DNA of 64,000 bases from assembly GCA_024278765.1 (NCBI GenBank), contig JAJRSM010000048.1, positions 2,266 to 66,265 on the forward strand, in the 5' to 3' direction. Below, in pieces: positions 40,471-49,742 of the stretch. The DNA comes from Deltaproteobacteria bacterium (GTDB taxonomy: Bacteria > Desulfobacterota > GWC2-55-46 > DRQE01). Position 1 is the first letter of the stretch; the number at the start of each line of letters is the position of its first letter. A program made the translations under genes and the position numbers. The notes beneath the pieces are model-generated. The model was not told where the DNA came from, did not search any database, and saw only the letters and a program-made list of their open reading frames with translations.

Positions 40471-43400
40471 ACCTCCCTCCAGTATGTTGGTATAGTGCTT
40501 CCGGTATCAATGATATCAGGAGTGACGAGTGCGCCGCCTGTCCCGACTATCGCCGATATTCCACCGGCACTTATACTGATGACAAGCCCTGATGGTATAC
40601 CGGTGCCGACAACAGTGGATCTATCGCTTATATCCAAGACTTCCACAGCAGTATCATTAGACGAGTCCCAGTTATACGCAGCCGCTGCGGTAAGGTACTT
40701 TACCGCATAAATTGTCGCCGTTCCCCTATTTCCAACCTCGCACGGATCTGTCGTGCCACCGGACGAGACAAAGGGTGTATAGGTCGTATAGTAGGCGATC
40801 CCGCTTATAACAGAGGCCGGTGCGAGCGATTTCTCACCGGAGCTCGAAGAAAGCCGTATATACCAGCCGTATGTACTCGTGATATCGACACTGTTAGTGC
40901 TTGTCGCATCAACAAGGTCCGTCTCGGTCTTCGTGCTTGTCTGCCCTAGATCTTTCACCGCATAGAGCCTGTCCACCCCTCCGATAAGTGTCGGATGAGC
41001 CCTGTCACCTGTAGCAAAAAAGAGCATCTCATAACCGTTTTCCAGGGTTACGACCGGCCTGTATAATATCTTCCTGCCCAAAGCACTCTGGAATATCTTG
41101 GTTACCGTCCAATTTGAGGGTTGGGTATCCGTCATATCCAACCTCCACATATTTCCACCGGTATCCCCCACATAACCCCTGTCCGCATACCCGTTATCGT
41201 CTATATCCAGCACAGAGACAACACTCGGGATAGAGCTTGCAAGGCCGCTTGTGTAACCCCAGACCTTATAACCGCTATAAGAAAAGGACGGTACACCGCC
41301 GCTGCTAAGAGTGGCTATCTCTACGGCATATATCGCCCGGCCCTTGGTATTTGTTAGGGGCGGCACGACATCTTCATTAATATTATCATATCCTCCCCCT
41401 ATAAAGGCAACCACCTTTGTCTCCACAGAGGACGAAGGGCTGCTCTGGTAACGAATACGAGCAAATTGAGGCTCGGACCAGCTCTGGCCAAGCTCCGCGT
41501 AATCGGTATTGATCGTTGAAGGACTCTCCGTTGCGCTGAGGCGCCACATATAGGCCGGGCTTGTCGGATCAGTAACATTAAGAGCATAGTAGTAGTCGCC
41601 GCCCCTCCTCTGACCGAAGATAATAATAACCTTATCCCCCGACTCTATAATACCGTTGCCATTGGCATCATATATATAAGGCTTTGGCGAGGAATCAACC
41701 ATATAGCCATGGATATCGCCTGGCAGATTTTTAAGGTAATCGAGATGGTCCTGTGGAATAAATGCCCAGGCCTCACTACCATCACAGTCCTTATAGGCAT
41801 GAAGCATACCATCGTTGCCGCCTACGTATATCATCGTCTTATTGACAGAACAATCGGTCTCGAAACTGAGAGAATAGGTGCTGTAATTCACGACGAGCGG
41901 CTTGGAATGCAGTATATCCCCCAGGATCCAATCTCTATTCTCAGTGGTTGTGCCGTTACCATCGTCATCATAGGCGTCCTTACCATGGACATAGTTTATA
42001 AGGCTGTCTTTCTCCGCACTATCGGCCACAGCCAGCAGTGTAGGAGTTATAGCGGTATTGGCCGTTGTAAACGCATTAGTAGTGTCGGTAAGATTCAAGC
42101 TTGAACCTGTATAGGTATAGATATTTCTCGCTGCAGACCTGCTTATGAGCAGGGCGCCAACCCCGCCGGCGGCAACATCAGGGCCGTCAGCGGTAGTACT
42201 CCAGTAGGAGATGGCATTATCCTTTATAGAACCGTCCGCATTGGTAGCTGCCGCACCGTTCTTATCCAGTATATTGCCGCTTGAATCAAGCCCGTATTTT
42301 TTAAGGTTGCCATACCAGAAGGCCCCGCTCTGCGGCTTAAAGAAGCCCATATAAAGACGGCTGCCGGAAAAAGTCCTGTTCTCCGGACTTACCGGAAGGA
42401 CAGGGGCGACATACGAAGTATTGTCCTCGACAATAGTAGCAAGTATCTGCCTGAGAGATTCACTAAGGTCCGCGGTTGAAGAGGCCAGGTAAGCGACGCC
42501 GCCGCCGTTAAAAGCCGTCTCCTGAAGCAGTTCCGTAGCAGAGGCATTGCCCCCCAGTCCGAAACCTATCGTATGGGTAATGACATTCTGCTTACCGTGC
42601 GTCTTTACATCCGAACCGCTGTCGGGAAGAAGGTCGGTATCATAAAGGTACTTTGCCACATCATCAAGATAATCCGAACCATCGGAGCCATAACTCTTGC
42701 TAGGGTCGCTGCCGGGTTCGTAACCATCGCCGTCACAGTCGCCATTGGAACATAAAGTCATAAGCACATTGTTCCGGTCCAGCGTGGACATACCGTCGGT
42801 TATAATAATAGCGTAGTTCTGCTGGCAGCTATACTGTATGGGCGTAGTATAGGTACCGCTTCCGCCAAAGTACACATCATCACCCTCGAAGTATTGCAAA
42901 CCCTCATAGAGCGTCTCGGCAAGAGGGGTCCACGTATCGGCATTTACATTATTTATAGTAGCTATAAGCGCTGTTTTGTTAGTGGTCGTGCCTACAAAGA
43001 TATCATTCATATCCTTTACATACGCATCGTATTCGCTCCCGTTCTCGGAGTAGCCATAGCTGTCGCCAACTCCGGCTATATAGCCGCCCTCATTATCGCT
43101 GTTAAATAACATAAGACCAAACCTCACGCCGTCGGTAGAGAGTATAAGGTCTTCCAGGACCTCCTTTGCAACGTCTATCTTTGGCCTGAGCCCGCCGGAG
43201 GTGGCAAGCCAGTTTATATAGTTACCCGTTGCAAAGCTAGCCAGGGTCTGTGAACACGAACCATTTGATGACCTCAACCATCCCTGATAAATACCGCTGG
43301 TAGTCAAGGCGGTAGACGCGCTTGAACAAGTTACGTTGCTTACATTACTCATATGCTGAAGCCAGGTAAAATAGTACCACCTGTAGACCGCATTCGAAGA

Positions 43401-43658
43401 ACAAGCAGACCACCAACAATTGTTAGTAGTAGGATATGTAACACTTGGGTCATAGGCGATGCCGGTCACGACATCACCTGTCATAGAGCCTGAGTTATCG
43501 AGGAGAATAAGGACATTAGGTTCAATAGTCTCCGTAGAGAGCCCGTATATCTCAGTATCTCCGGGATACTGGTCAGGGGCGGCAAAAAGACTTCCCCTTA
43601 AAGCGAAAAACGAGACTAGCAGAAATATACTTGTAATGATTTTTTTTCTCATAGCCAC
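40464..43658 (-). CDS. pilY1: Type IV pilus tip adhesin PilY1 (N-terminal vWA domain, C-terminal beta-propeller)
   Basis: 1064 aa. Signal peptide. MIDAS motif LILLDNSGSMTGD. The C-terminal propeller-like region is rich in G/D/Y/W. Follows pilX. Confidence 0.88.
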   Translation of the reverse strand: MAMRKKIITSIFLLVSFFALRGSLFAAPDQYPGDTEIYGLSTETIEPNVLILLDNSGSMTGDVVTGIAYDPSVTYPTTNNCWWSACSSNAVYRWYYFTWLQHMSNVSNVTCSSASTALTTSGIYQGWLRSSNGSCSQTLASFATGNYINWLATSGGLRPKIDVAKEVLEDLILSTDGVRFGLMLFNSDNEGGYIAGVGDSYGYSENGSEYDAYVKDMNDIFVGTTTNKTALIATINNVNADTWTPLAETLYEGLQYFEGDDVYFGGSGTYTTPIQYSCQQNYAIIITDGMSTLDRNNVLMTLCSNGDCDGDGYEPGSDPSKSYGSDGSDYLDDVAKYLYDTDLLPDSGSDVKTHGKQNVITHTIGFGLGGNASATELLQETAFNGGGVAYLASSTADLSESLRQILATIVEDNTSYVAPVLPVSPENRTFSGSRLYMGFFKPQSGAFWYGNLKKYGLDSSGNILDKNGAAATNADGSIKDNAISYWSTTADGPDVAAGGVGALLISRSAARNIYTYTGSSLNLTDTTNAFTTANTAITPTLLAVADSAEKDSLINYVHGKDAYDDDGNGTTTENRDWILGDILHSKPLVVNYSTYSLSFETDCSVNKTMIYVGGNDGMLHAYKDCDGSEAWAFIPQDHLDYLKNLPGDIHGYMVDSSPKPYIYDANGNGIIESGDKVIIIFGQRRGGDYYYALNVTDPTSPAYMWRLSATESPSTINTDYAELGQSWSEPQFARIRYQSSPSSSVETKVVAFIGGGYDNINEDVVPPLTNTKGRAIYAVEIATLSSGGVPSFSYSGYKVWGYTSGLASSIPSVVSVLDIDDNGYADRGYVGDTGGNMWRLDMTDTQPSNWTVTKIFQSALGRKILYRPVVTLENGYEMLFFATGDRAHPTLIGGVDRLYAVKDLGQTSTKTETDLVDATSTNSVDITSTYGWYIRLSSSSGEKSLAPASVISGIAYYTTYTPFVSSGGTTDPCEVGNRGTATIYAVKYLTAAAAYNWDSSNDTAVEVLDISDRSTVVGTGIPSGLVISISAGGISAIVGTGGALVTPDIIDTGSTIPTYWREVW

Positions 43659-43668
43659 ACCACCTTAA

Positions 43669-44118
43669 CTACGGCTTCGGCACTATTCTTACGACGCTGG
43701 ACTCAAGCCCTAACGTTGAATTACTCCTGCCGGTACCGGTTACTTTTATTAAATAATAATTACCCTGAAACATCGTCGCATCAACACCCAACCCTTTGGG
43801 AGGATTTCCACTTGCCAGAAACTCCACAGTGCCTGTCGCATCAGAGGCGCCTGCCGCCAGGCTCGCACCGCCAACCGGGATATCAATAGTGCCAAGCCCT
43901 ATGGCCGTATATATATTGGCGTCGGTCTGCGCGTACTCCACACCACTGTCAGCCGCGTAGAAGGCATCCTGGCGCCACGAATGATTCCTGGATATCTGCA
44001 TCTCATGGTCAGTCACTTTAAACAAGATAGTCCCCAGTACACTCATCAACATCAGCATGACAAGTGCCATTACCAGGGCCATACCTCTCTCATCTTTTAA
44101 GCCGTCTTTAAAACGCAT
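43669..44118 (-). CDS. pilX: Type IV minor pilin PilX
   Basis: ERGMALVMALVMLMLMSVLG N-terminal helix typical of PilX. 149 aa. Confidence 0.8.
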   Translation of the reverse strand: MRFKDGLKDERGMALVMALVMLMLMSVLGTILFKVTDHEMQISRNHSWRQDAFYAADSGVEYAQTDANIYTAIGLGTIDIPVGGASLAAGASDATGTVEFLASGNPPKGLGVDATMFQGNYYLIKVTGTGRSNSTLGLESSVVRIVPKP

Positions 44119-44122
44119 CAGA

Positions 44123-45082
44123 TCACCTGTTCCTCAGCTTAACAATATTGGTCAACTCCCTGCTCTTTGGCGCACTGGAGAGTCCTGCGGTATCAAATGT
44201 CTCGCCGGTCATTGTAATCCTCATCGCCCTGACAAGAGAAAGGTCGCCAGGGGCATTCGACTCGGTCAGCCCCGTATTGTCAAGAATATACGTTAACTGA
44301 AGATCTTCAATATTTGTGGCAACCACACTGTCATCACCAGGAGTGGCATTGACTATCCTCATAAGACACTTCTGTCCTGTCGGACATTTGGTTACGGAAG
44401 GGGCGCAATCGACGTTCGGCCCAACACAATACAAGACGGTATTAGGATAAGGATCAAGCGCGGAACTACCGGTCTTGGCGACCAGGTTCCCCCTCATAAA
44501 CTTCACAGATCCGGCGGTCGCAGCGGGCGTAAGCGTCAGGCTCGGCGTTGCGGTATTTTTACCCTCTACGATAAAGATGGTCGCTGCCGGCTGACTCTTC
44601 TCCGAAGGGTTTACGATCCTTACCGCATCGCCCAAACTGAACATATCGGCCTCAGTAGCCGAGCCCACGATAAAGACTATTGGTGTGCCGCCTACTACCG
44701 AGACCGACAAGGTCACATCTATTATCGTAAAGACGCCGTCGGCCGATGCATTATTAAATGTCACCAGATCCGCGCCGTCAAGACCGGTATTATTAGATAC
44801 GGCGTTTACGGGATTTATACCTGAACTCACCGCGATGCCGGCCATAGTCACATCCCTTGACAAAATATCTACGGCTACCCTCAGGTTCTGCTGTACCTCT
44901 ATAACATCTTCCTCTATATGGACCGTCTTCAACTGCGTATTATAAAGCGCGTAGACAGCGGCGATCACCATAAGAAATATAGCCATGACCACCAGAAGTT
45001 CCAGGAGCGAAAACCCCCTCTCGCCGCGGTCCGCACCCCGAAGAGGCCTAAAATCACTTATCTTGTGCGCTATACTTTTCAT
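44123..45082 (-). CDS. pilW: Type IV minor pilin PilW
   Basis: Prepilin signal RG|FSLLELLVVMAIFLMVIAAVYALY. 319 aa. Confidence 0.85.
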   Translation of the reverse strand: MKSIAHKISDFRPLRGADRGERGFSLLELLVVMAIFLMVIAAVYALYNTQLKTVHIEEDVIEVQQNLRVAVDILSRDVTMAGIAVSSGINPVNAVSNNTGLDGADLVTFNNASADGVFTIIDVTLSVSVVGGTPIVFIVGSATEADMFSLGDAVRIVNPSEKSQPAATIFIVEGKNTATPSLTLTPAATAGSVKFMRGNLVAKTGSSALDPYPNTVLYCVGPNVDCAPSVTKCPTGQKCLMRIVNATPGDDSVVATNIEDLQLTYILDNTGLTESNAPGDLSLVRAMRITMTGETFDTAGLSSAPKSRELTNIVKLRNR

Positions 45083-45489
45083 ATGCTCCTCTTAAAAGAA
45101 GTCATGTTCAGGGTTCTGCCACCGCCACCTACCGAGATATCCAGCCTCACCATGCCGGTGACGGGGTCACTCGTAGTTATAGAGTAGGTGGCCGAGTATG
45201 TAATGCCCTGCACAACGCGCGTCGTAGCACCGCCAGAAGAGTCAAGGTCATAGACTACATCAGTTACAGCTGTATTAAAGACGGTATCGCTTGCATCCCT
45301 TGCCATAAATTCATCCATGACAGAGTGCACTATACCGCTCTCAACGGTCACCCTGTTTGACAAACGGTTACCACCAATACCCGAGGCCATCATCGAAGCG
45401 GTCCCCAGAAGACCGACGGCCAAAATAAAGATGGCGATAAGCAACTCGACCAGCGTAAAACCGCTATTGTCCATAAGTTGATTCTTCAT
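45079..45489 (-). CDS. pilV: Type IV pilus modification protein PilV (minor pilin)
   Basis: SG|FTLVELLIAIFILAVGLLGTASMMAS is a prepilin signal with the conserved PilV LG...M motif. The track's TTG start at 45519 lies inside the sigma-54 promoter. The ATG at 45489 or 45474 is more likely the real start. Confidence 0.85.
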   Translation of the reverse strand: MKNQLMDNSGFTLVELLIAIFILAVGLLGTASMMASGIGGNRLSNRVTVESGIVHSVMDEFMARDASDTVFNTAVTDVVYDLDSSGGATTRVVQGITYSATYSITTSDPVTGMVRLDISVGGGGRTLNMTSFKRSI

Positions 45490-45501
45490 GCCTATAACAA
45501 C

Positions 45502-45517
45502 ATGCAAATAACATGCC
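45502..45517 (-). promoter_or_regulatory. Sigma-54 (RpoN) -24/-12 promoter of the minor-pilin operon
   Basis: Minus strand reads TGGCAT-gttat-TTGCA, matching the consensus TGGCAC-N5-TTGCW. It ends about 13 nt before the pilV ATG and is 60 bp downstream of the NtrC-family pilR gene. Confidence 0.7.
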
Positions 45518-45582
45518 AAAAGATAAGTATTTGATTTTAAAGGAATTCTTTATTTAGGAGGGGGGGTTACTATGAAAACATT

Positions 45583-46932
45583 TCATAGTTCGTAATTTTT
45601 TATCTTATAAAGTAAGGCTCTGTGGCTTATTTCAAGCAGCTCTGCGGCACGCGTCCTATTGCCGCCGGTTGTCTCAAGGGCCTTTTGTATAAGGTCTCGC
45701 TCCATAACTTCCTGCCCCTTCTTTATAGAAAGGCCGGTCTTTGAAACCTCTCTACCGAGACCAGCCCCTTTGCCAGCCCCTTTAAAGATCGGGAGCCTCT
45801 CTTGACCTATGCTCTGACCATCCTCTAATATAACGGCCCTCTCTATTATATTTTCAAGCTCTCTGACATTGCCCGGCCACTGATAGGCCCTGAGCATTGC
45901 CATCGCCTCTTCAGTGATCTCCACAATCGGTTTTGAGTAGCGCGTTGCAAACTCCTTAACAAAGAGTCTTGATAGCCCGACTATATCGCTCCTCCTCTCT
46001 CGAAGTGGCGGGACCTTGATGATAATGACATTAAGTCTATAATAAAGATCTTCTCTAAAGCTGCCGCCCTTGACCTCTTCTTCCAGGTCCTTCGCGGTAG
46101 CTGCCAGGATCCTTGCATTGATCTTTATTGATTTTGTATCCCCGACCCTTCTGATCTCTCCTTCCTGAAGTACTCGCAAGAGTTTTACCTGTAGTTCGCG
46201 CGGCAACTCACCGATCTCATCGAGAAAGATAGTTCCTCCGTCGGCCTCTTTAAAGAGTCCGGCGTGTGAACTCACCGCACCTGTAAAAGCACCCTTTGCG
46301 TGACCAAAGAGCTCACTCTCCATAAGGTTTGCAGGGATCGCGCCACAGTTAACCGCAATAAAAGGGCCATCCCTGCGCGAACCCTCCTGATGTATCGCAC
46401 GTGCGACCAGCTCCTTACCCGTACCGGTCTCGCCCGTGATAAGAACGGTCGTATCATAGGACGCGACCTTTCCTATAAGCTCGCGCAGTTCTTGCATTGA
46501 CGAATCCGTGCCATAAAGACTATTAGAGCTGCGCTCTGCCTCTGCTCGAAGCCTTTTGTTTTCACGCTTGAGGCTTTCACGCTCAGCGGCCTTCTTGATG
46601 GTCAAGACGACCTCGTCGGGCTTGAAGGGCTTTGATATATAGTCATAAGCACCAAGCTTCATGCACTCAATTGCACTATCCATACTGCCGTAGGCACTCA
46701 TCATTATCACAGGTGCGCTCTGACCTCTCTGACCAAGCTCTTTTAAAAAACCAATACCTCCAAGGCCCGGCATCTTTATATCGCTCAGGATGAAATCAAA
46801 GTCTTCACTACCCAGCAGTTCCAGAGCCAGATCGGCATCAGCGGCAGTCGCAGTGGAATACCCTTCTTTTTTAAGTATCACCGAGAGCATATGCCTCATG
46901 CTCTCTTCATCATCGACAACAAGTACTCTCAT
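45583..46932 (-). CDS. pilR: Sigma-54-dependent response regulator PilR (NtrC family)
   Basis: Receiver domain (VLVVDDEESMRHML...D at position 54), AAA+ sigma-54 activator domain (GETGTGKELVARAIH, GAFTGA, ESELFGH), and a C-terminal Fis-type HTH. Confidence 0.92.
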   Translation of the reverse strand: MRVLVVDDEESMRHMLSVILKKEGYSTATAADADLALELLGSEDFDFILSDIKMPGLGGIGFLKELGQRGQSAPVIMMSAYGSMDSAIECMKLGAYDYISKPFKPDEVVLTIKKAAERESLKRENKRLRAEAERSSNSLYGTDSSMQELRELIGKVASYDTTVLITGETGTGKELVARAIHQEGSRRDGPFIAVNCGAIPANLMESELFGHAKGAFTGAVSSHAGLFKEADGGTIFLDEIGELPRELQVKLLRVLQEGEIRRVGDTKSIKINARILAATAKDLEEEVKGGSFREDLYYRLNVIIIKVPPLRERRSDIVGLSRLFVKEFATRYSKPIVEITEEAMAMLRAYQWPGNVRELENIIERAVILEDGQSIGQERLPIFKGAGKGAGLGREVSKTGLSIKKGQEVMERDLIQKALETTGGNRTRAAELLEISHRALLYKIKNYEL

Positions 46933-46979
46933 CTACAACTCCTCTCGCAGTTACTCTACACTAATCGGCTATGGCAAAT

Positions 46980-48590
46980 CTATGCGGAAAAACCACCAGC
47001 CTTATACGGTATTATTACGGTAAATGAACTACCCTTTCCCAGCTCGCTCTTGACCTCGATACTTCCGCCAAAGGCCTTTATCATGCTTGCCGAAACAAAA
47101 AGACCAAGGCCAGTACCACTGCCCGGCTCCTTTGTAGTAAAGAACGGCTCAAAAACCCTGCCGGTGTCTTCAGCCTTTATACCACAGCCTTTATCAATAA
47201 AGGTAACGGCAACGGCCTCGGTCGTCCTGCGCCTCTGTACAGGCCGCTTATCAGCGTCCCCTTTTCGCACACGCTGCTCTAACCCAGCATCCACACTATA
47301 ACGCCGAAGACCATTTAGTGCTGTAACGAGCCTACTCTCTACTATTACCTCGCCACTGCCTTCCATTGCATCGGCTGCATTCAGCAATAGATTGGTAAAG
47401 ACCTGCCTGAGCCTTCCTTCGTCAATAATAACAGGCAGGGGCTCTTTATTCAAATCAAGATTTATTGTCACGTTGCGCCCCCTGCTGTGATGGCCGAACA
47501 TAATAGCGGTCTCTTCTACAAGGGCGTTAATGTCGAACTCCTCCTGCTCGTCCTTCGTAGGCCTTGCTATATCAAGGAACTCTCTGAGGATCCTATCCAT
47601 ACGCCCAAGCTCTTTGCCGGCACGCTCTATTATCTCCGCCTCTTCGTCTTTATCTGTGATCCCCTTTCCGAGGATATCTACATAACCACTAACGGCCCCC
47701 AGAGGATTGCCTATCTCGTGCGCAAGGCCTGCGGCAAGGCTGCCTACGGCAGCGAGAGCACCGGCACGCAGGAGCTCTGCCTGAGTATCGTGCAACTCTA
47801 CATTCAACCTCTCAAGCCTATTGATCTCAGCACCGAGTCTATCGGCCATTGTATTGAACCTGCCTGCAAGTCGCCCGATTTCATCATCGTTCTCGACCAC
47901 GGCTCTAAGCGCAAGATCACCTTCTGCAATCTTGGTTGCCGTACCCTCAAGCCTTCTGATAGGACTCATTACAATAGCCGATAAAAAATAGAACCCAAGA
48001 GCAATAATGATAATACTATCTGCGATACCAAAGATAATTATAAAAGAACGCATAGAGGCCAGATCCGACGCTATATCACGCAGCGAAAGCGTAAAGGCCG
48101 CGCTAAACTGCTTCTTCGTCCCGGGCTTCGGCCCTATCTCTACATATAAAAACCTGCCCGGCCCCTTAAACCACCCGGACTCTCCAACACTGCTTATCTT
48201 TATCCCGTCGTCAAAGAAGATCAACCTGGACAGCTCGCCGCTGGCTGCCCTCTCACCACCGCCGGGCAGAAGTCCGTAAGTAAAGAGCACCTCACCCTTG
48301 GCGTCATTTACCCTGAGTGCGCCGACCGAAGCTATCCTCATCAGCCGCATTGAACGCTCTTTGATATCAAGGCCGCTGAAGTGCGCACGCCCTGTACTGC
48401 TTTGCAGGAACAACTCCTCAAGGCTCACCCTGATAAGGCTCGCCACGCGGCTGGCCTCCTGGACGCGCCCCGTAATGGCATGGTTCTGAACGATAGATAC
48501 ACTCAGCACACCGATAAAACCGATGGCCGCAAAGGTAAGGATCAACACAGCGGCTATAAGCTGAGTCCTTATGCCAAGCGATCTTTTCAT
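46980..48590 (-). CDS. pilS: Sensor histidine kinase (PilS-like) with HAMP domain
   Basis: Two transmembrane segments, HAMP, H-box (LAAGLAHEIGNPL), and a HATPase_c domain with G-boxes (DKGCGI, GTGLGL). Confidence 0.88.
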   Translation of the reverse strand: MKRSLGIRTQLIAAVLILTFAAIGFIGVLSVSIVQNHAITGRVQEASRVASLIRVSLEELFLQSSTGRAHFSGLDIKERSMRLMRIASVGALRVNDAKGEVLFTYGLLPGGGERAASGELSRLIFFDDGIKISSVGESGWFKGPGRFLYVEIGPKPGTKKQFSAAFTLSLRDIASDLASMRSFIIIFGIADSIIIIALGFYFLSAIVMSPIRRLEGTATKIAEGDLALRAVVENDDEIGRLAGRFNTMADRLGAEINRLERLNVELHDTQAELLRAGALAAVGSLAAGLAHEIGNPLGAVSGYVDILGKGITDKDEEAEIIERAGKELGRMDRILREFLDIARPTKDEQEEFDINALVEETAIMFGHHSRGRNVTINLDLNKEPLPVIIDEGRLRQVFTNLLLNAADAMEGSGEVIVESRLVTALNGLRRYSVDAGLEQRVRKGDADKRPVQRRRTTEAVAVTFIDKGCGIKAEDTGRVFEPFFTTKEPGSGTGLGLFVSASMIKAFGGSIEVKSELGKGSSFTVIIPYKAGGFSA

Positions 48591-48591
48591 A

Positions 48592-49476
48592 TCAGTTAGG
48601 GCCTATCATTATCAAAGAAAGATACCATGAAATAATACTCCTGCCGAAAAATATATAAAGCAATGCCCCCATAGATAAAAACGGCCCGAAGGGTACGGCG
48701 TATTTAGCACCCTTTCCCCTGAAGGTCATAATAAATACCCCTATAACAGCACCGGCGACCGAGCCGGTAAAGATCGTAAAGAGCACTCCCTTCCACCCGA
48801 CAAAGGCCCCGATCATTGCCAAAAGCTTTACATCGCCAAAGCCAAGGCCTTCTCTGCCGGTCAACACATAATATCCAAACGATATCAAGAATAAAAACCC
48901 GCCGCCAAGCACAACCCCGATAGCCGCATCTATTACAGAAGGATATAACGCCTCCGCCCCGCCTGCCGGAAGGACAAAACCAAACAGGCAGGCAATACCA
49001 AAGCCAACAACAATCCCGGGCAGACTTATGACGTTCGGTATTATCTTATGATCCAGGTCTATAAAGGCTACGGTCGCCAATGCTACGGTAAAGGCCGCGT
49101 AGGCAAAGAACTCAGGGGCAAAGGCAAAACGCCAGTAAAGGGCAGCTCCAAGCAAGGCAACCAATAATTCGACCATTGCGTAGCGCACGGAAAAGGTCGC
49201 CTTACAGCTTCGACACCGCCCGCCCAAAATAAAATAACTGATTATCGGGATATTATCAAAGCTACGCACAGGTGCGCTACAACTCGGACAACGCGAACCG
49301 GGCGTTACTACAGACAGATGCTCCGGAAGCCTATAGATACAAACATTCAGAAAGCTCCCGATACAGGCACCTATTATAAAGACAACTACTAAGTATATCG
49401 CCTCTGGCAATGGAAACCTCTCGTTTTCAAGATGGTTAAAGACACCTAAAGCAAGTACGCTAGTAGCACTGAGCAA
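48592..49476 (-). CDS. pilD: Prepilin peptidase PilD (A24 family)
   Basis: CPSC...CRSC zinc-binding tetracysteine motif, two catalytic Asp in polytopic membrane helices. 294 aa. Confidence 0.9.
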   Translation of the reverse strand: MLSATSVLALGVFNHLENERFPLPEAIYLVVVFIIGACIGSFLNVCIYRLPEHLSVVTPGSRCPSCSAPVRSFDNIPIISYFILGGRCRSCKATFSVRYAMVELLVALLGAALYWRFAFAPEFFAYAAFTVALATVAFIDLDHKIIPNVISLPGIVVGFGIACLFGFVLPAGGAEALYPSVIDAAIGVVLGGGFLFLISFGYYVLTGREGLGFGDVKLLAMIGAFVGWKGVLFTIFTGSVAGAVIGVFIMTFRGKGAKYAVPFGPFLSMGALLYIFFGRSIISWYLSLIMIGPN

Positions 49477-49642
49477 AGCATATTACCCGGCAACTCGGAA
49501 AGACAACAGCCCTTCACTAACTTTAGAACTATATTATATATTTTCGGGGATTTTCCAGATAGCTTTAGGACTACCCTTGGCAGCTTAACAGCTATCAACA
49601 GGTAGTCCCAACTTATCGAAAAAGACTTTGGGTCGATTCTAT

Positions 49643-49742
49643 ATGGCTACGGACCATCCCAGATGGCTACGGACCACCCCAGGTGGCTTCGGACCATCCC
49701 AGATGGCTGCGGGCTATCTCAGATAGTTTCGGGCATATATTC
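49643..49742. repeat. 20-bp tandem direct repeat array, about 4-5 units
   Basis: atggctacggaccatcccag, atggctacggaccaccccag, gtggcttcggaccatcccag, atggctgcgggctatctcag, then a decaying copy. The core GATGG-N7-CCATC is palindromic. Confidence 0.9.
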
